Positions 56,392-64,000 of a stretch of 64,000 nt of DNA are shown here, one piece after another; position 1 is the stretch's first letter, and each line of letters starts with the position of its first letter. The DNA lies in IMG/VR virus record IMGVR_UViG_3300049489_001336, positions 125,880 to 189,879 of that record; one strand, given 5' to 3'. The stretch comes from a virus. A program made the translations under genes and the position numbers. The notes beneath the pieces are model-generated. The model did not search any database. It was not told where the DNA came from and was given only the letters and a program-made list of their open reading frames with translations.

Positions 56392-57797
56392 TAGAAAGGC
56401 ACTGGCATCGTGTTATTTGCGTAATTATTGGCTTCTACTTTTAATGTGGGCCGCAGCAAATTGTAGTAAGATTCTACGCTACTTCCAGGGTGTAGTTCCG
56501 CAGCGACGAATTTGCTGCGTGTGGTACACCCTTGTTGTACTACGCTGCCTCGATCAAACGTAATTGCATATTGGGGATGCGGTTGATGCCCGCTCCCGTG
56601 TATGGTGCGTTTGGTTGCGAAAATCGCGTGGGCCAATACGTGTTTGGCGTGTATCTCTACATCAGGTACCGCGTTTGCGCGAGGCAGAAGCGGGTACATT
56701 TTCTGCAGTTCTTCGTAATTGTCAAACTTCTTGTAGCGCTGCAGGTCGCCTTTAGCCGCTGCTACTTCGTAATAGAGTTTGCCTGAAGTAAGACGAAATC
56801 CCGCAAGAATTGTTTCGGTATTACGCGCAGGGGTAATCGCCCTGTTTGTGTAACACGTACCTGATGCATGAATCAAATAACGGATTTGCTTCGTTGTGAA
56901 AGACGCGGTGCCCTCTGTCATAGGCGTCGAGTCGTGCAGCCAACGGAAAAGCACGTCCCAGGCAGTGCTTTCCAACACGTGCGATTTGCAGTTATTAATC
57001 AGGCCGCAGTCTTTCACTGTGCCGTCGTATTTCTTATACGAGAAGACGCATTGGGGACATTCTATTTTTCGGTGCGCAAAACGACGTGCGCTATCAGCAC
57101 CGCGCTCGGCGAGTTCCTTCTTGCGCTTGTATATGGCTTCGAAATTGTGGTTATCCCAAGGACGAATCGCGTCATTGAAATCGAGCTCGGTGGTGAGAGC
57201 TCCACTCACGTATTCGAAACCTTGAACTTCTTGATACCGTTTACGCTTATAAACGGTTAAGTCCAAATTGTTGTACAACTTGGTATCTGTAAGTACAGGG
57301 AAACGCGCGTACGCCGTAATAGGTAAGCACGTGCCTTCTGCTAATGCTGAACAGGGGCAATGGCCTGTGAATCGCTCCAGGCGGGTACAGTCGTCGTATA
57401 CGTCGTCGAATTCAACAAATGCGGCTTCTGAGCCAGGGTCATTGATGTTGTTCAATACCCAGCCGCTTAGACGCGTCTGTGCCAGATACTCGTATTCCCC
57501 GTCATTTGCGAATAATCGGAGCTTTTTACGCGGAAAGGGGAAATCAGTCGTATTGAACGACGCCGCAATTGTGTTTGGATCAACGCGTAACGCGACAACC
57601 GTTGAACTATTCTCGTGCAAACCCGATAACGTCCACAAGGCTTTTTGGATGTCTTTAAATTCTAGGACATCTTCTGTGTCGTGAAACAAGTAACCCTGCC
57701 CTGCCTTAGGATACACCAATTCCCATTCAGTTCTTTTCCGGCGTCGATACGTCCGTAGAGATCCCGTCATGAGGCAAATGGTGTAGTACCGTGACAT
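56388..57797 (-). CDS. Cys-rich hypothetical protein downstream of the RT
   Basis: 469 aa; GGAG SD inside RT 3' end; HCPC..C and CPQC..C..C clusters. Confidence 0.75.
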   Translation of the reverse strand: MSRYYTICLMTGSLRTYRRRKRTEWELVYPKAGQGYLFHDTEDVLEFKDIQKALWTLSGLHENSSTVVALRVDPNTIAASFNTTDFPFPRKKLRLFANDGEYEYLAQTRLSGWVLNNINDPGSEAAFVEFDDVYDDCTRLERFTGHCPCSALAEGTCLPITAYARFPVLTDTKLYNNLDLTVYKRKRYQEVQGFEYVSGALTTELDFNDAIRPWDNHNFEAIYKRKKELAERGADSARRFAHRKIECPQCVFSYKKYDGTVKDCGLINNCKSHVLESTAWDVLFRWLHDSTPMTEGTASFTTKQIRYLIHASGTCYTNRAITPARNTETILAGFRLTSGKLYYEVAAAKGDLQRYKKFDNYEELQKMYPLLPRANAVPDVEIHAKHVLAHAIFATKRTIHGSGHQPHPQYAITFDRGSVVQQGCTTRSKFVAAELHPGSSVESYYNLLRPTLKVEANNYANNTMPVPFY

Positions 57798-58815
57798 GGT
57801 GCAACTCCGCTTCCATTAGCTGCTGTTTCAGTTTCGCGGCTTTTTCAGGGTTAATCATGTGATAGTAAGAGATTTTGCCTTCAATTTGGGACTTCAACTG
57901 TTCCCCGTTTTGAAGGCCCATCTCTTTTGCCACGGAATCAAATCCCTGGTACTTACAATGATGAATCCGAGCACGTAGCCGGCGATAATGAAGACGAATC
58001 ACATTGGGTTTTTCGTTCACCGTCATGCCAAGCAAGCGTTGATGTCGTCCAGGACGAGCAACACGAAGCTTCTTACGGTTGACGGTGTATCCACCCTTTT
58101 TGATTAATCTGCAGATACTTCTAATGAAAGCGTTGGTCTCTTGCCGCGTAAACACACGGTTAGATGAGAATGCCAAATCATCCGCGTAACGTGTATACGT
58201 AACGTCCCATTTCTTGCATTCTTCAAGAATGGGTTGATCAATGCGATGATGGGCTACCCAATTACAAACCGCGCCGCTTGTAGGAGCACCCTGCGGAACC
58301 ACATAACGAGGCCCCACAGGAGTTTCAACACGGATGGTGGATAAATCCGCGATGGCACTGGCTACTTCAAACGGCAAACAAAACTGGTCTTGCAAAGCTC
58401 TACGTATCCAAGCACGTCGCGTAGACGGGAAAAAGTCTTTCAAGTCAATGACGATGAGGATCTTTTTACCACTGTGTTTTTCCGCGCTGTGCCGCGTGGT
58501 ACGGTTTGGAACGTACGCACTAATATGTTCGGGATACTCGATTTTGCTGAAAAATCGTTCCAAGAGACGTGTTTGAACGAATTTCAGCTTTCGGTCTGGG
58601 GCGTGGATCGTACGTTTTCCACCAGACTTCTTGGGTATCACAAAACGTTTATACAACTTAGAACGCGTAATAATCATTGCCATGAGCGTTCGATTACGAA
58701 TACCTAGCGAATGCGCTAGTGACATCGTGTCGATTACCCAAGGCACTCCTGCCGGTATTTTTGTAAAATCCGGCAAGTCAATGATATTAATCGTCGTTCT
58801 GTTGTACGCTGGCAT
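57727..58815 (-). CDS. retron-type reverse transcriptase
   Basis: IPKKSGGKRTIHAP, SAEKH (region X-like), IDLKDFFPS, VPQGAPTS, YTRYADDLAFS, QRLLGMTVN (region Y-like); no fused nuclease; GGAGG SD. Confidence 0.93.
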   Translation of the reverse strand: MPAYNRTTINIIDLPDFTKIPAGVPWVIDTMSLAHSLGIRNRTLMAMIITRSKLYKRFVIPKKSGGKRTIHAPDRKLKFVQTRLLERFFSKIEYPEHISAYVPNRTTRHSAEKHSGKKILIVIDLKDFFPSTRRAWIRRALQDQFCLPFEVASAIADLSTIRVETPVGPRYVVPQGAPTSGAVCNWVAHHRIDQPILEECKKWDVTYTRYADDLAFSSNRVFTRQETNAFIRSICRLIKKGGYTVNRKKLRVARPGRHQRLLGMTVNEKPNVIRLHYRRLRARIHHCKYQGFDSVAKEMGLQNGEQLKSQIEGKISYYHMINPEKAAKLKQQLMEAELHHVTVLHHLPHDGISTDVSTPEKN

Positions 58816-59440
58816 CTGTAGATCCCCCTCCGATTTCAGAAAAGTCTAACGCCTTGTAACAGACGTCTTCTCCAGGAGTGCATGCTCCTTGTAAATGCAA
58901 GAGTGCACGCGGACACACCGAACAAATAGGGCGAATGGCGTCGTCTGGAGGGGGGTTGGGCGTCGCCAAATACGCAAACTCGTTCAGAGGCGGTTGGACT
59001 ACTTTTAATCGTCGTTTTGCCTGTTGGGCAAACCAGGTCTTCGTGCTCAAGTACCGAGGACGTACCTTTTTACGCACAATTGACGTAAGCACAGGTACTA
59101 CGACAAGGCGTTCGCCTATATCGATTTCTTGGTCTAGCTCGGACCACCACTGTGCAACTTCTTCTCGGCTATGGGAACGCCCATTGATGACTTTATCGTC
59201 AATTTCCGTCGGGATGTGCAAATGCCCATCATTACGGTAGAAATGTTTTCGGGATAGTTCCTTGGGTCGGAGTTTGAAAAGACTATCTTTGAAGTCATCG
59301 GTCAACGGCAAGACGATCGCGTATCCGAAAATGCGTGGAACAAGCAATCTGTCTTTCGGATAAAAGAGGTACACCTTATCGAAGGGTATCTCTTTTCCTG
59401 CCGCTGCACGATGGATGTGAATGTCGATGACGTTAGACAT
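58787..59440 (-). CDS. hypothetical protein with C-terminal 4-Cys cluster, upstream of the RT
   Basis: 217 aa; CSVC-x10-C-x6-C; overlaps RT start by 29 nt. Confidence 0.7.
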   Translation of the reverse strand: MSNVIDIHIHRAAAGKEIPFDKVYLFYPKDRLLVPRIFGYAIVLPLTDDFKDSLFKLRPKELSRKHFYRNDGHLHIPTEIDDKVINGRSHSREEVAQWWSELDQEIDIGERLVVVPVLTSIVRKKVRPRYLSTKTWFAQQAKRRLKVVQPPLNEFAYLATPNPPPDDAIRPICSVCPRALLHLQGACTPGEDVCYKALDFSEIGGGSTDASVQQNDD

Positions 59441-61196
59441 TCGCGTCCTCTAGTTGGTAATCCTTCATCATGATGGTGATATGCCCGCTGTCTGCCATGA
59501 CGGGTTGTCCACGGGGCGTGAGCAACCAGACGCAAGGGATGGGAATGCGCGTGGTAGGCGGCGGCGCGTAGCCATCAGTGCAATAAATCATGATATCCGG
59601 GGCCTTGTCTGTACGGCGTGTCATTTCGAGAACGTGCTGGAAAGCAGGCTCGAAATCGGTGCCGCCTCGGCCTGTGAGACCAAAATCGATTTCATCGGAA
59701 GGACCAATCCAATATTCTTTGGAGATATGCGTGTCGATGTAGATGACACAGATATCGATATCGGAATCCGCTTTTTGAATGTGCTGTAGTTCAGAAAGGC
59801 CCAGGCTGAGTTCATCACGGCCCATGGAGCCTGACGTATCTACAACATAAACAATGGTGAATTTATTGTTTTGTTTGATGCCTGGAAATACAGGCATACG
59901 TCGAATCATTCGATTGAGGTGAATGAAACGAGGGTCGCCTTCTTCCTCTTTCAAGCGTGCGTACACCTTTAGTGCCGACAGCTTTTTAGAGGGACGGCTC
60001 ATGCCGCGTTCTTTCTTGGTCTGCCTGGTGCGTTGCACGATATTGTGCAAAAACTGCGTCCACGGCACGACAGGCGGCGTGAGCATTTTGCGGATCATTT
60101 CCATGATATGCCCAGGCAAAGTGCCTCGGGATTTCTCATGGCTCGACAACGTGGCCTTAATTAGCTCACGCCCGTGTTCCGCTAATTTATGTGCTTCGCC
60201 TTCATCCGTTTGATCGCTTGTTATTTGCCAAGCGAGGTGCGGACGCAGGCTGTGCATAATCATTTCAAGGATTTTTTGGTCGACCGGGTCGAGGTTTTCG
60301 AGGTCGCTGAGGAGGTCTTCGGGGTTACCTTGACCTTGACCTTGACCGTTGCCTTGGTTTTGACCTTGGCTCCCTTCTCCTTGCCCATCCCCTGCTTGGG
60401 GTTGAGAAGGTGGCATCGAACCAGAACCCTGCCCTTGCGAGTCCTGACTGTTATCCTTCTTTTGGCTATCGTCTTTAGACGAGCCTCCGCTACCGTTTTC
60501 TTGCTCTTTCTCTTCTTTGTCGGCGTCGTTACTGCCATCGCCGTTTTGGTTTTCTTTGGAAAACGCTTTCTGTAAAGCTTTTTGTTCTTTGTCCAGTAGC
60601 TTTTTAGCTAGCTGATATATTGCCTGAGGAGGCGTCTTAAGCCGCTGCTTAAGAAGATCGATCAACATATGCTGATAGTCTTCGTAAGCCATGTCTTTAG
60701 GCATGGGCGGGTCAAAGCTTTCAGGTAAGACCCACATGCCTAGAGGCTTATTGACTTGATCTTTTATCTTGGCCCAATTGCGCGCAAGAAGCTCATTCGC
60801 TGCAGCGTCAACGCCAAGATTGCTCGTCAAGTCAAACAGCTGTTGGTCCTCTTCGAGCGCAAAAATTCGGCGCTTTTGCAAGCTGCGCGGAATGTGATCC
60901 AGAATTATGTGGAGCACCTCGTGCTCACACGTGGCGCATACTTCTTCGAAAGTAACGCGCGCAGCAAAAACAGGGTCGTATATGAAAATGTACCGCCCGT
61001 GCTGAACAGACACTCCCATGGTTCCAAAACCAGGGATTGCGACACGGTCCATTTGATTGATAACACGCGCGTAAAAATTACCAACTTTGTTGCCTGTAAG
61101 GTACGTCAAAGCATCGGCAACGCTGTCCCGCCCAACGCGTACGGTCTCAGCAAGCTTCTCCTGGTCTACTTTTACTTTCTCTACACCTGTTCTCAT
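59433..61196 (-). CDS. vWA-domain protein with N-terminal HExxH metallopeptidase-like domain (DUF2201-type)
   Basis: HEVLH; Gln/Gly/Asp linker; VDTSGSM MIDAS, GRGGTDF, TDG. Confidence 0.88.
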   Translation of the reverse strand: MRTGVEKVKVDQEKLAETVRVGRDSVADALTYLTGNKVGNFYARVINQMDRVAIPGFGTMGVSVQHGRYIFIYDPVFAARVTFEEVCATCEHEVLHIILDHIPRSLQKRRIFALEEDQQLFDLTSNLGVDAAANELLARNWAKIKDQVNKPLGMWVLPESFDPPMPKDMAYEDYQHMLIDLLKQRLKTPPQAIYQLAKKLLDKEQKALQKAFSKENQNGDGSNDADKEEKEQENGSGGSSKDDSQKKDNSQDSQGQGSGSMPPSQPQAGDGQGEGSQGQNQGNGQGQGQGNPEDLLSDLENLDPVDQKILEMIMHSLRPHLAWQITSDQTDEGEAHKLAEHGRELIKATLSSHEKSRGTLPGHIMEMIRKMLTPPVVPWTQFLHNIVQRTRQTKKERGMSRPSKKLSALKVYARLKEEEGDPRFIHLNRMIRRMPVFPGIKQNNKFTIVYVVDTSGSMGRDELSLGLSELQHIQKADSDIDICVIYIDTHISKEYWIGPSDEIDFGLTGRGGTDFEPAFQHVLEMTRRTDKAPDIMIYCTDGYAPPPTTRIPIPCVWLLTPRGQPVMADSGHITIMMKDYQLEDANV

Positions 61197-61207
61197 TTCT
61201 CACCCAC

Positions 61208-61216
61208 TGCTATAAT
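61208..61216 (+). promoter_or_regulatory. extended -10 promoter (TGC-TATAAT) of a leaderless mRNA
   Basis: perfect TGnTATAAT ending 7 nt before ATG 61223; no SD. Confidence 0.65.
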
Positions 61217-61222
61217 CCAGGC

Positions 61223-62215
61223 ATGTCGATTATGGATCAATACAACGGAGATCCCGCTTACGCGCACTTGCACGTAATTACGCGAGAATTCCCGTTGGCG
61301 CGCACAATGCTAAAACAAGCGTCATTTGAGGAAAATAAGTCGAAAATCGACGCGTTACCGGATAGTGCTTTCGCCTGGGAAGAGGAACGCAGGTTTCCGG
61401 TACATACACGCGAGGATTTGATTGCTAGTATCTTTTACCGCAACAAGCTCGGTTCTGCGGTACCTGCACACGTAGACGAGAAGCTTAGTTTAGCAGTCTC
61501 TGTCTACAAAATTGAGCCTTCAGTTTTTTCACGGGAAAAGCAGGCTTCTACGCATGTCGAAGAAGAGTATGCCCTTCCTCAAGAAAAGCGCTTGCCCTTA
61601 AATGGTCCAACGCAAATCAAAGTTGCTGAAGAAGTGCTCCATCGAGACGGCGAAATGCTGAATCTCGAAAGACGCGCTGAGGCTTACAGCAGGCTGTACA
61701 AAGCCGCCCAAAAATTTGACGTGACGCTTACGCCCTTCTCCCTGAAGATGGCTGGTGTCACTGTTTGTAACCCTAGCAAACTTCGGGACTGGTTGGAAGC
61801 GCGGTCTGTGGCTGCCACAGAGAACCTACACAAAGAAGCATTTTCCAAACTGGCCAGTGCTACAAAAGCACTGCCCACGGTCTTGACAGATCGTAAAGAG
61901 CTTGTTAAGCTGGCTTCTACGATCGCACAGCTCGATAAGGTCGCAGGCTTGGATAAGCTCTACGACCGAAAGCTGCCAGACCCCCTCCTCACGGTCTTCA
62001 ATACAGAGAAGACAGCTGAAGAGACCTGCGACGTTGGCGGCGTGCAAGTGCCTTGTCCTGCATTGATGTCCCTGCCTCCCGAAGTCTGGGAGCAAATCGA
62101 TGCCCCTGAATTGGCCGAAATCGCGCAAAGCGGAGACCCTGTACAGTTTAAACAGGTCTTCGACACGCTCCCCTTAGACGCAAAGATGGCGTTGCAAGCG
62201 CATGTCGCAGGTTGA
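61223..62215 (+). CDS. hypothetical protein
   Basis: 330 aa; internal repeat (RRFPVH / KRLPLN). Confidence 0.7.
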   Translation: MSIMDQYNGDPAYAHLHVITREFPLARTMLKQASFEENKSKIDALPDSAFAWEEERRFPVHTREDLIASIFYRNKLGSAVPAHVDEKLSLAVSVYKIEPSVFSREKQASTHVEEEYALPQEKRLPLNGPTQIKVAEEVLHRDGEMLNLERRAEAYSRLYKAAQKFDVTLTPFSLKMAGVTVCNPSKLRDWLEARSVAATENLHKEAFSKLASATKALPTVLTDRKELVKLASTIAQLDKVAGLDKLYDRKLPDPLLTVFNTEKTAEETCDVGGVQVPCPALMSLPPEVWEQIDAPELAEIAQSGDPVQFKQVFDTLPLDAKMALQAHVAG

Positions 62216-62888
62216 TGTAGCGCGGACTGCCAAAGCAGCCCTTCGTGTTGAAGAGACGTGCGCCAGTGCGTGCCTACGCGCCTTGCGGTGTTTGTTCGAT
62301 ACGCAATGGCTGTCATGGGAGCCTGAGACCGTTTGGTTAGAGCTGCACCACATGGGCGTAGACGTTCCTGTGGGTAATCGAAACCAAATCATGGCCGGAC
62401 GGTCCCTCATTACAACGGGGCGCTTCTGGTACGACGCCACAGCGTTTGAGGCAGCTTGTATTGCCTTTAACAACGATGAGCCTACGTTCTTTGGGATTGA
62501 AGACGCGCCTGTGGCGTATATTAATTGGGCTGTTTACGAAGCAGACCGCATTCACAAAGACTTTGAGAACGAGGTCTTAGAATTTGACCGCGAGCCCATC
62601 GCATACACTGCCGTGCAGTTGTATAGGGAAGGCTTTGTCATAGCGCCTGAGCACCTAGAGATGGCTCAGGAAGAGCTAAATAAAGCGCTTCCTACCGAAG
62701 TAAAAGCGCTTCAAAAGCTAGTGCGCGAAGGCTGGGCCACTGCACCCAGAGGACAAGCCCTTCTGGATGCAGCGTTTCCCGAAACTCCCGCAGGGGTTCA
62801 ACTAGCCCGTCTTGCAGCGGTACAATTGCACTTCGATCGTCGTCTTAGAATTCTCGAAGAGCAGATCTTACCGTTCAAGAGTTGCTAA
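62202..62888 (+). CDS. hypothetical protein
   Basis: 228 aa, overlaps previous gene. Confidence 0.7.
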   Translation: MSQVDVARTAKAALRVEETCASACLRALRCLFDTQWLSWEPETVWLELHHMGVDVPVGNRNQIMAGRSLITTGRFWYDATAFEAACIAFNNDEPTFFGIEDAPVAYINWAVYEADRIHKDFENEVLEFDREPIAYTAVQLYREGFVIAPEHLEMAQEELNKALPTEVKALQKLVREGWATAPRGQALLDAAFPETPAGVQLARLAAVQLHFDRRLRILEEQILPFKSC

Positions 62889-64000
62889 GAGGGTCCTTGG
62901 CATTGATTAGCTTGGCAGCCTCTTTGTATTTACGATGTGCTTCCAAGATAACTTTGACCTTGGCTTGATAGGGCTTTTGCTTACCTAGGGCGGTGGACAA
63001 GCGTTCTAGGTATTTTGCCCCTTCAGTGCCTCGGGCATTGCTCTCTTCGTGGAAGTGCTGCGCTGCCAAGGTGCCAAGCAGCTCGTTCGGCAGGTCTCCC
63101 ATGTACAGCGCCAGACGCGGGGCGATGGTCACCGGGTCCGGCTGTGAGCTGAACAGCTCGATGGCCAAACCGCGATTGAGCTCGCTGATGACACTCGCGC
63201 GGTTCTTCTTGCCGTTTTCGAGCTCCTCGAACTGTTGAGTTTCCCTGTTTATCTTGCAGTTGACCATGGCGGCAACGCGTTTACGTACGTCTGCACGCAG
63301 GTCGTAATCGAAGAGAATCTCCTTGGGTTGAATCAACGTATTACGGTCAGCCAAGAAGGACAGGAACTTCTCCGCTGCCGTCTTACCAATCTGGCCTTCA
63401 ACCAAGGCACGTACCACGTTGTCCGAAAAGTCGATTTTCTCGCGTTCGGCACCGTGCAAAATATTTGAGACCTTTTCCCAGTTCGCAGGGCAAGTAAACT
63501 GTTTACCTGCGTCACGGGCTTGTTTATCGTAAAGATACGTAGATTGCGCTACGATGAAATCAATGACAGCCCCATGGAAGCTTGACTTCCTGGCATTGTC
63601 CAAAAACGCATTGAGGTCTGCCGTGCAATAAATAAAATTGAGGCGCTTGCGGATCGCGTGGTCCTTCTCCGCCTCATTGACCAAGTAGGTCCCATCACTG
63701 GGGTTCATCGCAGCCACGACGAGCACATTTTCGTGCAAGTGGTAGTTGTGAATGCGCCGCTCGTCCGTGACCGTGAAAAGAGCGTTGACCATGGCTTTGT
63801 CACCACGGTTCCACTCATCCAAGAACAAAACAGCCAAGCCGCGCTTTTCGGCTTCTTCGTTAAGCTCGATAAGCCAACGAGGCGGGATAAAGTCGAAAGT
63901 GTCGCCTTTATCCGTGAACATGATCATAGACACTTCTTCCTGTGACATATGACCAAAATTCAAAACACGCATGAAGCCTTCCCTGCTGTTACACCACTGG
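62875..64000 (-). CDS. MoxR-like AAA+ ATPase (5'-truncated by window edge)
   Basis: Walker B LFLDEWNR, AAMNP sensor; frame is open to position 64000 so Walker A lies outside the window. Confidence 0.85.
   Translation of the reverse strand, partial: QWCNSREGFMRVLNFGHMSQEEVSMIMFTDKGDTFDFIPPRWLIELNEEAEKRGLAVLFLDEWNRGDKAMVNALFTVTDERRIHNYHLHENVLVVAAMNPSDGTYLVNEAEKDHAIRKRLNFIYCTADLNAFLDNARKSSFHGAVIDFIVAQSTYLYDKQARDAGKQFTCPANWEKVSNILHGAEREKIDFSDNVVRALVEGQIGKTAAEKFLSFLADRNTLIQPKEILFDYDLRADVRKRVAAMVNCKINRETQQFEELENGKKNRASVISELNRGLAIELFSSQPDPVTIAPRLALYMGDLPNELLGTLAAQHFHEESNARGTEGAKYLERLSTALGKQKPYQAKVKVILEAHRKYKEAAKLINAKDPLSNS

Noticed and set aside
58816-58915. Small hairpins just upstream of the RT as a cis msr-msd
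   Set aside because: Short stems inside a coding region, with no closing a1/a2 pair or unit-type junction found by eye.
62875-63972. AAA ATPase apparently lacking Walker A
   Set aside because: The reading frame stays open to the window edge, so the gene is simply truncated.
1-64000. Stop-codon reassignment as in some jumbo phages
   Set aside because: Conserved genes (thyA, nrdJ, helicase, RT) are full-length under the standard code, and all three stop codons are used as gene ends.

Overview
A 64-kb segment of a large (jumbo-type) tailed phage genome. Left arm (1-24 kb, almost all minus strand): a run of overlapping 110-200 aa hypothetical genes, two AT-hook/basic-repeat DNA-binding proteins, a DEDDh exonuclease, dNMP kinase, thymidylate synthase, a DinG-like helicase and a transglycosylase-like protein. 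Middle (24.3-48.8 kb, plus strand): tail/baseplate module with tape-measure-like, hub-like, gp25-like, baseplate J-like and fibre genes, plus a sigma70-like gene and an amidase. Right arm: class II ribonucleotide reductase with two LAGLIDADG inteins, RuvC-like resolvase, a retron-type reverse transcriptase between two Cys-rich ORFs, and a vWA/AAA pair. Main observation: three non-coding islands (9297-9932, 14856-15329, 16409-17504) resolve by eye into 12 back-to-back units of about 130-245 nt. The units differ in sequence but share a retron msr/msd-like architecture on the minus strand: a closing inverted repeat, an unpaired G directly after the first arm, an invariant RYG-NNN-CGY hairpin and AG before the second arm. 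The retron-type RT about 40 kb away has no room for its own ncRNA, so one RT may serve a library of templates in trans. All structures were assigned by manual pairing, with no folding software or database search, and the RT-array link is inference.
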